Source: Gammaproteobacteria bacterium (GTDB lineage: Bacteria; Pseudomonadota; Gammaproteobacteria; CAJXQU01). Taken from it: 64,000 nucleotides of DNA. Below are positions 53,672 through 63,577 of the stretch, one piece after another. Position 1 is the stretch's first letter, and the number at the start of each line of letters is the position of its first letter. The position numbers and the translations under genes were made by a program. The notes under the pieces are model-generated. The model was given only the letters and a program-made list of their open reading frames with translations, did not search any database and was not told where the DNA came from. Location of the stretch: contig CBDEGZ010000003.1 in assembly GCA_965238175.1 (NCBI GenBank), positions 2,272,001-2,336,000 of the forward strand, in the 5' to 3' direction.

Positions 53672-54625
53672 TTATACGGCAGCAACCAGAACTTGTTTAG
53701 AATGGCTTCTCACACAATTTCGACCCTTACTCTTTGCTACATATAACGCATCATCGGCACTCTTAAGCAATGATTTTATTCCAGCTTCAGCATCAAGTTG
53801 TGAAGGTTCTATAGTGGCAATACCTGCACTGATTGTTAATACGCCTGATACTGATGACTCAGAATGCGCTATACGTGCTCCTTCTACTGCTACTCTACCT
53901 CTTTCGATCATCTTTGCAGCACCATCATGATCTGTATCTGGAAGAATGATCGCAAATTCTTCACCACCAAAACGACTGACCAGATCTCCAGGCCGTCGTA
54001 TTGCATTAAATAAACCATTTGCTACTTCACATAGCGCATCATCGCCAGCTTGATGACCATAAGTGTCGTTATATTGCTTAAAGAAATCCACATCGCATAT
54101 GCATAACGAGAGAGTATTCCCTTTTTTAGCAGAACGCTTCCATTCTGATTCTAAGTACTTATTAAACTTTCGACGATTGGCCAAGCCCGTTAATACATCA
54201 TAATCAGCCATACGTTTTAGCTGCTTATTCGCTATATCAAGTTGTTGCTGCATTTTGTAAATTCGCCGCATTGCATGTAGTTTAGCATTCAGGACAACCT
54301 GACTGACGGGCTTGCATATATAGTCATCCCCACCAACTTCCAGGCCTTTTACAACGGTAACATCTTCACTCAGCGCACTGATAAAAATAATCGGGATCCA
54401 GTTATTACTACTTTTGGTTCGTTCTCTAATTAGTTTAGCTGCAGCAATTCCATCCAGTTCTGGCATAATCACATCGAGCAATACAAGATCAGGGTGATGT
54501 TTATCAAAAGCTTCAACCGCTTCCTTACCATTCGTGGCAGTAATGACATCAAAACCTGCTTCTAGAATACAAGCCTCCAGATATGCTAGATTTGATTTTG
54601 TATCTTCTGCTACCAGAATCTTCAT
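53672..54625 (-). CDS. REC-GGDEF diguanylate cyclase (PleD/WspR-like)
   Basis: REC (VAEDT, DLVLLDVIMP, CKP), DVLTGLANRR, I-site RPGD, GGEEF. Confidence 0.93.
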   Translation of the reverse strand: MKILVAEDTKSNLAYLEACILEAGFDVITATNGKEAVEAFDKHHPDLVLLDVIMPELDGIAAAKLIRERTKSSNNWIPIIFISALSEDVTVVKGLEVGGDDYICKPVSQVVLNAKLHAMRRIYKMQQQLDIANKQLKRMADYDVLTGLANRRKFNKYLESEWKRSAKKGNTLSLCICDVDFFKQYNDTYGHQAGDDALCEVANGLFNAIRRPGDLVSRFGGEEFAIILPDTDHDGAAKMIERGRVAVEGARIAHSESSVSGVLTISAGIATIEPSQLDAEAGIKSLLKSADDALYVAKSKGRNCVRSHSKQVLVAAV

Positions 54626-54680
54626 TTTGTGCCTTATTATTTTAACTTCAAGATTTATGCTAGCGACCTATTCCGTGTTT

Positions 54681-54731
54681 TCTTGAATTAAGGAGCATAA
54701 AAATCATATTTTTTATGCTCCTTAATCAAGA
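54681..54731. terminator. Long hairpin, probable terminator of the TonB receptor gene
   Basis: TTAAGGAGCATAAAAA / TTTTTATGCTCCTTAA perfect 16-bp stem. Confidence 0.65.
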
Positions 54732-54781
54732 TTGAACCAGTTAGAAGACTCGTATTTTATTTCCTCATGCATGCTCGAAAA

Positions 54782-56836
54782 TTAAAATTGAAGTTTAAAC
54801 CCAACGATAAGAGATCGCCCTTGTTGAGGAGCAATATCTTTCACAAATGAAGTGTGCTGGCGTATTTCTTCGTCTAATAGATTTGTACCTCTCATGAATA
54901 AGTTGAAATTCAATAGCTCTTTGTTAATCACCTCATAACTGAGACCTAAGGTAATATCCGTATAACTATCAGTAGAAGTTTCTAATTGAGCTAACTTTGT
55001 TTGTCGCGCCGTATGATTAGCATCAAAATACAGCTCGAAAGGTCCACGATGATAATCAAGACCTAAACCAACACGCCAAGGCGTGATCCGAGGTAAATTC
55101 TGGTTGTCCTCTAACTTTCCACGGACATAATCTGCCCACATTTTTAGATCTAGAGATTCATCAATATGATCGAAAATATTTAACCTGGTCTGTAGTTCTA
55201 TGCCATAGAACAGTGCATCAGATTGGATATGATTGACCAAAAGTAGTGCTTCCTCATCCGTTACTATTTGAGCGGTCTCTAAAAAATCATCTTCAACTCG
55301 ATCAGAAATACCATCACTATTTCGATCATTTTCACTGGTATAAATATAATCATCAATTTTTGAAACAAACAGGTTAGCTTCGCCAGTTAATCTTCCGTCT
55401 GTTTTATTAAAAATAAGGTCCAAAGAATGTGTGGTTTCCTCTTTAAGATCCAAATTGCCAATTTCAAAAGTATTAGTCGCTAAATGTGCGCCATTAGAAA
55501 ACAATTCTTCTATTGCTGGTGCTCTCTGTGATCGTGTAAAACTAAGACGCGTGTTCAAACTTTCCGTCCAGTGAAAACCTAAACCTGCTGAAAAACTAAA
55601 CAAGTCATGTGACACACTTGATACACTTTCGGAGTCAGTGGTTTGATGTTCATATCGTCCACCAACCTCGATATGTAACTGTTCAAACTCAGCCCTTTCC
55701 AAAACAAAAATACCGACTGAATTAAGGCTTGAATTAGGTAAGAATGCTTCTTCTCCAGAAGTGCTGAGCTTTCTGTTTTGGTGTTGAAATCCAAGAACGC
55801 CCTCCCAACCTGCAAGTGATTGATGTAATAGCTCCACCCGACCCTGCAATTCTTTATTATCGAGTTGTGTTCCGATCTCATCACCTTCTAGCTCCTCATG
55901 AGTGTGATCGTTATAGCCCCAACGAGATTTGATCAAAGTGAAACCTGGAAATGGATCTTCCAGTTCGCTTTTTATATCAAACCGTGTTTGTTCTTGTTTT
56001 ATACGAACACTTTCTTCCTCATGTTCTCCATCCTCTTCTTCATCCTCTTCTTCATGCCCCGGAATACCGTAATTATTGTCAAAATTATTAATTGAAAAAC
56101 CGATAAAGCCGCGGTCATGTACCCAGGATGATCCAAAGGTTGTATCATGAGATTCAATATTGGAATTTTGTAGAGTACCTCTAATGTCTCCTTCTTCTGG
56201 GACGCTTAGTGCAAAACCCGGTATATCAATATCTTGAGTCTTACGATGCGTAGTATCTAAATGAAACGTAAATTCATCGTAACCCACATTGAAACGAAGA
56301 CCACCCGTGAGATCATGGGATGCAGAATCAAAATGAGAATATAAATCACCCTCTAAACCTTCAGGCACATAATCGAGGATCTGATTAGAAATAACGTTTA
56401 TCAGACCTCCACTAGCACTGCTGCCATAAAGCAATGTCGCTGGGCCTCTTAATATTTCTATCCTGTCAACGAATATTGCATTAATCGCAACACCATGATC
56501 TGGACTTATAGTGGAAACATCCAAGCTACCAATCCCATCACTCAGAACTCCGACGCGAACACCACTTTGCCCTCGGATCACGGGGCGGCCAACACCCGGA
56601 CCAAAACCAGTAGAACTAATCCCTGGTGACTGTCCAACAAGATCAGAGATAGTATTTTTATTTCCTCTATCTAGTTCTTCATCCAAAAGTACTGAAACGG
56701 GTTTTAAAATATGCTGACTTGACGTTGATAAAGGATCAGATTGCACTTCCAGATCTTGTAAATGTAAAGTCTCTTCAGCAAACACGAACACACTAAACGA
56801 CAGCATAAATACCGCCGAATATTTTTTAGCAAACAT
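54782..56836 (-). CDS. TonB-dependent receptor, ZnuD-like (metal uptake)
   Basis: Plug motifs GRPVIRG, SPDHGV, IEILRGPATLLYGS; His/acidic loop GHEEEDEEEDGEHEEE; ELFSNGAHLAT, RQHTSFVKD; terminal F. Confidence 0.85.
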   Translation of the reverse strand: MFAKKYSAVFMLSFSVFVFAEETLHLQDLEVQSDPLSTSSQHILKPVSVLLDEELDRGNKNTISDLVGQSPGISSTGFGPGVGRPVIRGQSGVRVGVLSDGIGSLDVSTISPDHGVAINAIFVDRIEILRGPATLLYGSSASGGLINVISNQILDYVPEGLEGDLYSHFDSASHDLTGGLRFNVGYDEFTFHLDTTHRKTQDIDIPGFALSVPEEGDIRGTLQNSNIESHDTTFGSSWVHDRGFIGFSINNFDNNYGIPGHEEEDEEEDGEHEEESVRIKQEQTRFDIKSELEDPFPGFTLIKSRWGYNDHTHEELEGDEIGTQLDNKELQGRVELLHQSLAGWEGVLGFQHQNRKLSTSGEEAFLPNSSLNSVGIFVLERAEFEQLHIEVGGRYEHQTTDSESVSSVSHDLFSFSAGLGFHWTESLNTRLSFTRSQRAPAIEELFSNGAHLATNTFEIGNLDLKEETTHSLDLIFNKTDGRLTGEANLFVSKIDDYIYTSENDRNSDGISDRVEDDFLETAQIVTDEEALLLVNHIQSDALFYGIELQTRLNIFDHIDESLDLKMWADYVRGKLEDNQNLPRITPWRVGLGLDYHRGPFELYFDANHTARQTKLAQLETSTDSYTDITLGLSYEVINKELLNFNLFMRGTNLLDEEIRQHTSFVKDIAPQQGRSLIVGFKLQF

Positions 56837-56904
56837 AAACTATTCTCCTACTCACTCGCCTATCACACTAGACGAATAAGATAATTAACTTTGAAATATG
56901 AAGG

Positions 56905-57195
56905 TTAAGTTGGAGAGTTAGCTGGAGGGGCCCGACTGAAGAAATTGTAATGAAAAACGGGTGTAAATACTGATAAGGATTTTTCTTCATGAAAATAATC
57001 AAAAAGAATATCTGAAATTACCAGTGGTGGTGTAAGACAGGCCTGATCATTATTCTGCCCGGCCAAATAGAGAGAACATTTATGATCATGATGCTCAACA
57101 GCATGATCGACTGTATGCATTGCCGTTAATATTTGCAGTCCTAGGAAGGAGAACAACAACAGCAATATCAAATAATGTTTTTTATACACTTTCAT
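56905..57195 (-). CDS. His-rich, DUF2946-like leader peptide with C-terminal RAPP motif
   Basis: Signal/TM segment, MHTVDHAVEHHDHKC, C-terminal SRAPPANSPT; ends 68 bp upstream of the TBDT. Confidence 0.75.
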   Translation of the reverse strand: MKVYKKHYLILLLLFSFLGLQILTAMHTVDHAVEHHDHKCSLYLAGQNNDQACLTPPLVISDILFDYFHEEKSLSVFTPVFHYNFFSRAPPANSPT

Positions 57196-57291
57196 TCAAT
57201 CAATTATTCGTTAAAGTACACTGGATCATCATTAAACACCCCTAACTGATTACGAAGAAATTTAAATTAATACGTAAGTAATTATTATATA

Positions 57292-57368
57292 TGGGGTGAA
57301 CGACGGGGCTCGAACCCGCGACCACCGGAATCACAATCCGGGGCTCTACCAACTGAGCTACGCTCACC
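57292..57368 (-). tRNA. tRNA-His (GTG)
   Basis: GGTGAGCGTAGCTCAGTTGGTAGAGC..ATT-GTG-ATT..GGTTCGAG..CACCCCA; G-1 and encoded CCA. Confidence 0.96.
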
Positions 57369-57436
57369 ATTGTTTTCAACGACGATTTTAGTATGTCTGG
57401 TTGTAAACGACAAGCTGTCCAAACATAAATAACGTC

Positions 57437-57513
57437 TGGCGCGCCCGGCAGGACTCGAACCTGCAACCCCCGGCTTAGAAGGCCGGTGCTCTATCCGGTT
57501 GAGCTACGGGCGC
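57437..57513 (-). tRNA. tRNA-Arg (TCT)
   Basis: GCGCCCGTAGCTCAACCGGATAGAGCACCGGC-CT-TCT-AA-GCCGG..GGTTCGAG..GCGCCA. Confidence 0.96.
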
Positions 57514-57545
57514 TTAGAGTACCTTTGTAATTTGGACCTTCGAAA

Positions 57546-57622
57546 TGGTCGGGGCAGAGGGATTCGAACCCCCGACCCTCTGCTCCCAAAGCAGATGCGC
57601 TACCAGGCTGCGCTATGCCCCG
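57546..57622 (-). tRNA. tRNA-Pro (TGG)
   Basis: CGGGGCATAGCGCAGCCTGGTAGCGCATCTGC-TT-TGG-GA-GCAGA..GGTTCGAATCC..CCCCGACCA. Confidence 0.96.
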
Positions 57623-57640
57623 ACTGATGAGTCGGTCGGA

Positions 57641-57669
57641 ATAATACGCAGCCCTGCGGTCTGCGTCAA
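57641..57669 (-). promoter_or_regulatory. Sigma-70 promoter of the tRNA Pro-Arg-His operon
   Basis: TTGACG-N17-TATTAT followed by a GC-rich discriminator. Confidence 0.75.
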
Positions 57670-57690
57670 CAATATTCCCACCAGACACAG

Positions 57691-59091
57691 CTATTTCCGT
57701 CGCCAACTCGTCCCTTCTGTATTGTCTTCCAGAGTGATCCCTTGGTCATTCAATAAATCGCGTATTCGATCAGATTCTGACCAGTCTTTTTGAGCCCGTG
57801 CAACGTTGCGTTGTTGAACATAATCCTCGACCTGGCGAGATGATAAAGCACCTTCTCTTTGATCATTTTCACCACGTAAGAAATATTCAGGATCACCTCC
57901 AAGCAGACCAAGAATACGGCCCAAACTTTTCAACCGCCCAGCCAGCCTAGTCGCTTTTTCAGGATCTTCTCGATTTGCATTTAGATCACGCGCCAGATCA
58001 AATAATACCGACAATGCATTTGGGGTATTGAAATCATCATCCATTGCAGCTTTAAACAGAGCTTCATATTCACTATCTTCTCCTATTTCTGCAATTTCAA
58101 CTCCACGCAGCGCAGTATACAGTCGTGTAAGTGCACTTTTTGCATTATCCAGATGTTCATTCGAATAATTTAGCGGACTACGATAATGGCTGGTGAGAAT
58201 GAAATAACGTATTACTTCTGCAGGATATTGTTCGAGAACATCACGAATAGTAAAAAAATTGCCCAATGATTTAGACATTTTCTCATCATCGACACGTACA
58301 AAACCATTATGCATCCATAGATTTGCAAAAGGTTCACCGGTTGCACCTTCGGATTGGGCGATTTCATTTTCATGATGAGGAAATTGTAAATCCTGACCAC
58401 CTCCGTGAATATCAAAGTTATTCCCTAGCTGACAGGTCGACATCGCCGAGCATTCTATATGCCATCCAGGACGGCCATTCCCCCAGGGCGATTCCCAGCT
58501 TGGTTCATCGGGCTTGGCAGCTTTCCATAAAACAAAATCCAAAGGATCATCTTTGGCTTCATCAACTGCAACCCGTTCTCCAACGCGTAGATCTTCTACA
58601 TTCTTGCCGGAGAGCTTGCCGTATTCAGCAAACTCACTGATATCGTAATAAACATCACCATTAGCCGCTGGATAGGCTTTTTTATTTTCGATTAGGGTTT
58701 CTATCATGCTAATGATGTCATCCACATGTTCGGTTGCTTTGGGTTCTTGATCAGGCCTTTTAACACCTAGCGCATCCGCATCTTCATTCATATAGGTAAT
58801 GCAGCGTTCGGTAAGCTCCGTGATACTTTCGCCATTTTCATTGGCTCTGGCGATAATTTTGTCATCAATATCCGTAATATTGCGCACATAGGTAACTTCA
58901 TAACCACTCACACGTAAGTAGCTTGCGACAACATCAAAAACCACCATAACCCGTGCGTGACCGATATGACAAAAATCATAGACCGTCATACCACAAACAT
59001 ATAAACCCACTTTGCCAGGTTCGATTGTTTTTAATGCTTCTTTTTTTCTGGTTAAGGTATTATAAATATTCAGCACAGCGAGCTTTCTCAT
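57691..59091 (-). CDS. cysS: Cysteine-tRNA ligase (start 59091 or GTG 59076)
   Basis: [35 protein letters not shown]. Confidence 0.97.
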   Translation of the reverse strand: MRKLAVLNIYNTLTRKKEALKTIEPGKVGLYVCGMTVYDFCHIGHARVMVVFDVVASYLRVSGYEVTYVRNITDIDDKIIARANENGESITELTERCITYMNEDADALGVKRPDQEPKATEHVDDIISMIETLIENKKAYPAANGDVYYDISEFAEYGKLSGKNVEDLRVGERVAVDEAKDDPLDFVLWKAAKPDEPSWESPWGNGRPGWHIECSAMSTCQLGNNFDIHGGGQDLQFPHHENEIAQSEGATGEPFANLWMHNGFVRVDDEKMSKSLGNFFTIRDVLEQYPAEVIRYFILTSHYRSPLNYSNEHLDNAKSALTRLYTALRGVEIAEIGEDSEYEALFKAAMDDDFNTPNALSVLFDLARDLNANREDPEKATRLAGRLKSLGRILGLLGGDPEYFLRGENDQREGALSSRQVEDYVQQRNVARAQKDWSESDRIRDLLNDQGITLEDNTEGTSWRRK

Positions 59092-59163
59092 TAGCGTCTT
59101 ATAGGGCGCGCATGTTACATTAAACAATTGTCGTCATAAACCATATTGGAGAATTATTACCTG

Positions 59164-59736
59164 ATGAGAAACACAATTTTCAGTATTTTTTTGTTATTAG
59201 TATCCCCCCTTTTATATGCCGCGCCACAAGTTGCACTGCAGACCAATCAAGGGACGATAATCATAGAATTAAATGAGGATAAAGCACCGCTAAGTACAGC
59301 AAACTTTCTTACTTATGTTAAAGAGGGCTATTACGAAGATGTCATCTTCCATCGTGTGATCGAAAACTTTATGATCCAGGGTGGTGGCTTTAATGCGGAT
59401 TTCAATAAAAAAGAAACCCACGCGCCGATCAAAAACGAAGCCGATAATGGCTTATCCAACGAGCGTGGAACGGTTGCGATGGCAAGAACCAGCGATCCAC
59501 ATTCTGGCTCCGCTCAGTTTTTTATCAACACAGTAAATAATAGCTTTCTTGATCACTCAGCACCAACATCTCGTGGTTGGGGATATGCCGTTTTTGGAAA
59601 AGTGGTTGAAGGAATGGATGTTGTTGATAAAATCCGCTCAATGCAAACAGGTCCTAGTGGCCCTTTCCCATCGGATGTGCCACAAACACCTGTAATTATT
59701 GAGCGCGCGACTCTTATCGAAGCCGCATCCAACTAA
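59164..59736 (+). CDS. ppiA: Periplasmic cyclophilin PPIase
   Basis: Signal peptide, [32 protein letters not shown]. Confidence 0.88.
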   Translation: MRNTIFSIFLLLVSPLLYAAPQVALQTNQGTIIIELNEDKAPLSTANFLTYVKEGYYEDVIFHRVIENFMIQGGGFNADFNKKETHAPIKNEADNGLSNERGTVAMARTSDPHSGSAQFFINTVNNSFLDHSAPTSRGWGYAVFGKVVEGMDVVDKIRSMQTGPSGPFPSDVPQTPVIIERATLIEAASN

Positions 59737-59768
59737 ATCTTATAAATTCAAACAAGAGATATAGAATA

Positions 59769-60254
59769 ATGAAAGTAAAATTAACCACCAGCAATGGTGA
59801 CATCACAATTGAGCTTAACGAAGAAAAAGCACCAGAAACTGTAAAAAATTTCATCTCTTATGTTGAATCGGGGCATTACGATGGAACAATTTTTCACCGC
59901 GTGATCAATAACTTTATGATTCAAGGCGGTGGCCATTTACCTGATATGAGTCAAAAGAAATGCAATGATCCGGTAAAGAATGAAGCTGACAATGGTCTGC
60001 AAAATAAAATAGGTACCATAGCAATGGCGAGAACCAGTGATCCTCATTCCGCTTCTGCTCAATTTTTTATCAATGTAGCTGATAATGACTTTCTGAATTT
60101 CAGTAGCGCGACCTCCAGTGGTTGGGGTTATTGTGTTTTCGGTGAAGTGACAGAAGGTATGGATGTTGTAAACCAAATCAAAGAAGTTGCAACTGCCGCA
60201 CAAGACGTTCCCGTCGAAGAAGTTTTGATCAATAAAGCTGAAGTTGTTGATTAA
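59769..60254 (+). CDS. ppiB: Cytoplasmic cyclophilin PPIase
   Basis: [20 protein letters not shown]; cysS-ppiB-lpxH synteny. Confidence 0.92.
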   Translation: MKVKLTTSNGDITIELNEEKAPETVKNFISYVESGHYDGTIFHRVINNFMIQGGGHLPDMSQKKCNDPVKNEADNGLQNKIGTIAMARTSDPHSASAQFFINVADNDFLNFSSATSSGWGYCVFGEVTEGMDVVNQIKEVATAAQDVPVEEVLINKAEVVD

Positions 60255-60275
60255 TACTTATCCTAAGATTAAATA

Positions 60276-61007
60276 ATGACAATATTATTTATTTCCGATC
60301 TTCATTTAAGTAACGAACGCCCTGATAAACTGGATTTTTTTTTCCAGTTTATCAAGGGCCCTGCGCGACAAGTCGACACCTTATATATTCTTGGGGATTT
60401 TTTTGAATATTGGATTGGTGATGATGATGTTACTCCACCTAATCCAGATATTCTTCAAGCCTTATCCGAACTTAAAAATGCACAAACAAAATTGTATGTG
60501 ATGGTAGGCAATCGCGATTTTTTAATCGGGCAAGGATTTGAAAATATCAGTGGCGCAACGCTTATACCTGATCCTTCTGTCATCGATCTTTTTGGAGAAA
60601 AAACCTTATTAATGCACGGTGATCTATTGTGTACAAAAGATGTGGATTATTTAAAGTTTCGTGAAATGGTTCGCACACCTGAATGGCAAGAAGCCTTCAC
60701 TGATAAACCTTTTAATGAAAGGTTAGCCATTGCAAAAAATATGCGTCTTGAGAGTAAAGCAGCATTAAAAAATAAAATCCCTGTCATTATGGATGTTGAA
60801 CAACAGACCGTTGAACACTATATGAAAACACATAACGTAAACTCTCTGATCCATGGGCATACTCATCGTCCCGCCATACATCAATTTGAACTCGCAGGCG
60901 GTCAAGCTACAAGAACTGTTTTAGGTGATTGGTATCAAAATGAAAATGTTCTTGTTTGTGAATCTAACGAACAAAAGCTAGTCTCCATACAAGAACTGCT
61001 TTCATAA
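60276..61007 (+). CDS. lpxH: UDP-2,3-diacylglucosamine diphosphatase
   Basis: SDLH, GDFFEYWIGDD, GNRDF, HGD, HGHTHRP, LGDW. Confidence 0.96.
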   Translation: MTILFISDLHLSNERPDKLDFFFQFIKGPARQVDTLYILGDFFEYWIGDDDVTPPNPDILQALSELKNAQTKLYVMVGNRDFLIGQGFENISGATLIPDPSVIDLFGEKTLLMHGDLLCTKDVDYLKFREMVRTPEWQEAFTDKPFNERLAIAKNMRLESKAALKNKIPVIMDVEQQTVEHYMKTHNVNSLIHGHTHRPAIHQFELAGGQATRTVLGDWYQNENVLVCESNEQKLVSIQELLS

Positions 61008-61026
61008 ACATAATGTTACGATCTAT

Positions 61027-61917
61027 CTAAACATTCGTTTTAGAGCGACTTACTAAATAAACACCAAAAATAACTAACACAGTACCTATAATCTGAACAA
61101 AATTAATTCGTTCTTGTAGAAAAAAATAAGCCAAAAATAAAGTACTTATCGGGCCTATAGAACTAATGATCGACGCTTTACTCGCACCAATTCTGCGTAT
61201 GCCTGCATTCATTAAAAAAGCAGGAATGACGGTAGATATAATCGCCAACAGAAAAGCCAAGTAATACACATTAACCTCAAATTCTGGCGGATAAAATCCG
61301 TAACTGAAACCATAATGTATTATCGTTACAACACATGAGATAGACATTGCATAGGCAGTAAAGCGAGTAGCGCCTATTCTCTTCGTCATTTCGCCACTTC
61401 CCATTAAAAATATTGCAAAAGTAAATGCACTGATAGCAATGTAAATTACACCTCTAATCATCCCTGCAGAATTTGCTTCAATCTGATCAATAACGACAAA
61501 AATAATCCCTGTATAACTTAGTAATAATGCAAATATTTCCAACCGGTTTATTTTTCGTTTCAAAAAAATAGCTGAAAGTAAAACGACAAAAGTTGGGTAA
61601 AGAAACAATATTATTCTTTCAAGCCCCGCAGAGATCAATTCAAGTCCTTTGAAATCAAATAAACTTGCTAAATAATATCCAATAATCCCAAGAAAAATTA
61701 CCGCACTCCATTCTTGTAAAGAAATAGGGATTTGATCAGAAGATTGTTGGTTTGTTAATGCAACCAATAAGAAAAAAGGCAAAGCCATGATCATACGTAG
61801 CACCATCAAAGACAATGCATCCACATGAGCACCGTAGGCATAGGCAAGTTTTATAAATATAGCTTTTGCTGAAAATGCAATTGCACCAATTAAAACAAAA
61901 ATAATTCCAATTAACAC
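61027..61917 (-). CDS. DMT/EamA family transporter
   Basis: 10 TMs; FSAKAIFIKLAY, GYYLASLFDF.GL, ERIILFLYPT. Confidence 0.9.
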   Translation of the reverse strand: MLIGIIFVLIGAIAFSAKAIFIKLAYAYGAHVDALSLMVLRMIMALPFFLLVALTNQQSSDQIPISLQEWSAVIFLGIIGYYLASLFDFKGLELISAGLERIILFLYPTFVVLLSAIFLKRKINRLEIFALLLSYTGIIFVVIDQIEANSAGMIRGVIYIAISAFTFAIFLMGSGEMTKRIGATRFTAYAMSISCVVTIIHYGFSYGFYPPEFEVNVYYLAFLLAIISTVIPAFLMNAGIRRIGASKASIISSIGPISTLFLAYFFLQERINFVQIIGTVLVIFGVYLVSRSKTNV

Positions 61918-62145
61918 ATCAGAACTTTTTTTTGTTGATTATTTTTCACAGTAACTCCTTAGTTGAACCGTGGATACTGTGTAGAGAATATGTGAATAGT
62001 CGCGACAGGATCCGCGGCTATTTTATTTTCAAGAAGTAATAAAAAGACCGCAACAAGCAGGTAGGCTTAACCAGAGTGTCAGCTTGCTCAAGCGTACTTT
62101 AATAACTGTATTTTTGCGGATTGCAATATTCATGATGCGCGGAGG

Positions 62146-62769
62146 TTAATGCCTATCGTTTTTATTGTCAATATACCGTTTTAAATCATCAGGTCGATCT
62201 AAATCCCATTGCATTGGTAGTGTGTACAAATTCAAATTTAACACATTAATTTTTACCATAGTCTGATCAAAAACAGTCTCGGTTCCCCATACAATATTTT
62301 CAAATATAGAACGGTAATACTTGTTCATTCCTATTAAGGTGTAACCACCATCTTCAGCAGGAGCTATGACAATTTCATTGTTTTTTTCAAGCTTAGTTAA
62401 AGCGAGATCAAGAATATCGATTGTCATTGATGGGCTGTCAGTACCTATTAAAATAGCAGAGGAACAGTTTTTAAGTGAGGTATATAAAGCATTACTCATA
62501 CGCTCACCAAGATCATTTCCTTGTTGCTGTTTAAGCGCAAGACCAAAGGTTTGGAAAAATGAGTGTTTGCTATCAGGACTGCACCAAAGCTCTGTAGGAC
62601 AAAGTTTGCTTTGAGTAACTAAGTTTATTGTTCTACTAGCCAGTTGCTTATGAATATCAGCAGCTTGATCAAATGTTAAGTGCGGTGTGAGTCTGGTTTT
62701 AACTTCACCAGACACCGGTGCTTTACAAAAAACTAATATTTTTGCGTTTGGATACTTCATTCTGATCAA
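62146..62769 (-). CDS. TIGR04282/DUF2064 family transferase (arsenosugar/rSAM-associated 'transferase 1')
   Basis: FCKAPVSGEVKTRL, QQGNDLGERM, IGTDSP, PAEDGGYTLIG, DLDRPDDL. Confidence 0.88.
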   Translation of the reverse strand: MIRMKYPNAKILVFCKAPVSGEVKTRLTPHLTFDQAADIHKQLASRTINLVTQSKLCPTELWCSPDSKHSFFQTFGLALKQQQGNDLGERMSNALYTSLKNCSSAILIGTDSPSMTIDILDLALTKLEKNNEIVIAPAEDGGYTLIGMNKYYRSIFENIVWGTETVFDQTMVKINVLNLNLYTLPMQWDLDRPDDLKRYIDNKNDRH

Positions 62770-62787
62770 ATATTAATTTCGATTTTA

Positions 62788-63567
62788 TTATTGCTTGAAA
62801 GGCAACATTAAAACATTTTGAAATTTTTCATCTTCTGGTTTTCTAAAATAATCCAAACCTATTGTCATCTCTTCATGACCATCACGTGGTTGATCAATAT
62901 AGGTTCCGAAAATTCTATCCCAGATTGAAATTGAAAAACCGTAATTACTGTCGGTTTCATCCCGATGTATAGAATGATGAACTCGATGCATGTCCGGAGT
63001 TACTAATATTTTTCTCAGTTGTTTATCTACTGAAAGTGGAAGCTTTACATTACCATGATTGAAAACAGCACAAGTGTTAAGAATAACTTCAAATATTATT
63101 ACTGCGATGGGTGCTACACCGATTATAAAAACAGCAATTACTTTGATCAAAAGTGAAAAAAATATTTCAATGGGATGGAAACGAATTCCTGTCGATGTAT
63201 CGTAAACAAGATCAGTATGATGAACTTGGTGTAGCTTCCAGATCATCGAAATTTTATGCGACGCTACATGTTGACCATAAATAATCAGATCAAGAATAAT
63301 CAATGTGAGAATGATAGAAATAATGTTTTGAAAATCGATCAAATTGAGCAAGCCAATATTTTTTTCAGCTGCAATTACAGAAGTCTGGTAGACAATTCCA
63401 CCAACTGTAAATCGAACTAAAACTGAACCTAAAATCATTAAACCAAAATTGACTGGCCAGCGCGTTTTTCTTTTTTGATCATTTTTGCGTCTGGGATGTT
63501 TAATCTCCCAAATAATCATGATTGCAAGAACAATCAAAAAAGCACCTAAACGATAACCGGCATCCAT
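62788..63567 (-). CDS. Sterol desaturase/fatty acid hydroxylase family membrane di-iron enzyme
   Basis: His boxes HVASH, HQVHH, RFHP, FNHGN, HRVHH, SNYG..WDRIFGTY; start uncertain. Confidence 0.9.
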   Translation of the reverse strand: MDAGYRLGAFLIVLAIMIIWEIKHPRRKNDQKRKTRWPVNFGLMILGSVLVRFTVGGIVYQTSVIAAEKNIGLLNLIDFQNIISIILTLIILDLIIYGQHVASHKISMIWKLHQVHHTDLVYDTSTGIRFHPIEIFFSLLIKVIAVFIIGVAPIAVIIFEVILNTCAVFNHGNVKLPLSVDKQLRKILVTPDMHRVHHSIHRDETDSNYGFSISIWDRIFGTYIDQPRDGHEEMTIGLDYFRKPEDEKFQNVLMLPFKQ

Positions 63568-63577
63568 CACATTACTA

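Noticed and set aside
54660-54686. Sigma-28-like promoter (TCAAG-N14-GTCGCTAG) for the REC-GGDEF gene
   Set aside because: The -10 element deviates at three positions; too weak to call
57196-57291. Prophage/island att site or Zur box downstream of tRNA-His
   Set aside because: No integrase, no duplicated tRNA 3' end and no Zur-like palindrome seen
57242-57793. Short ORFs of 71-82 aa
   Set aside because: They overlap tRNA genes; spurious
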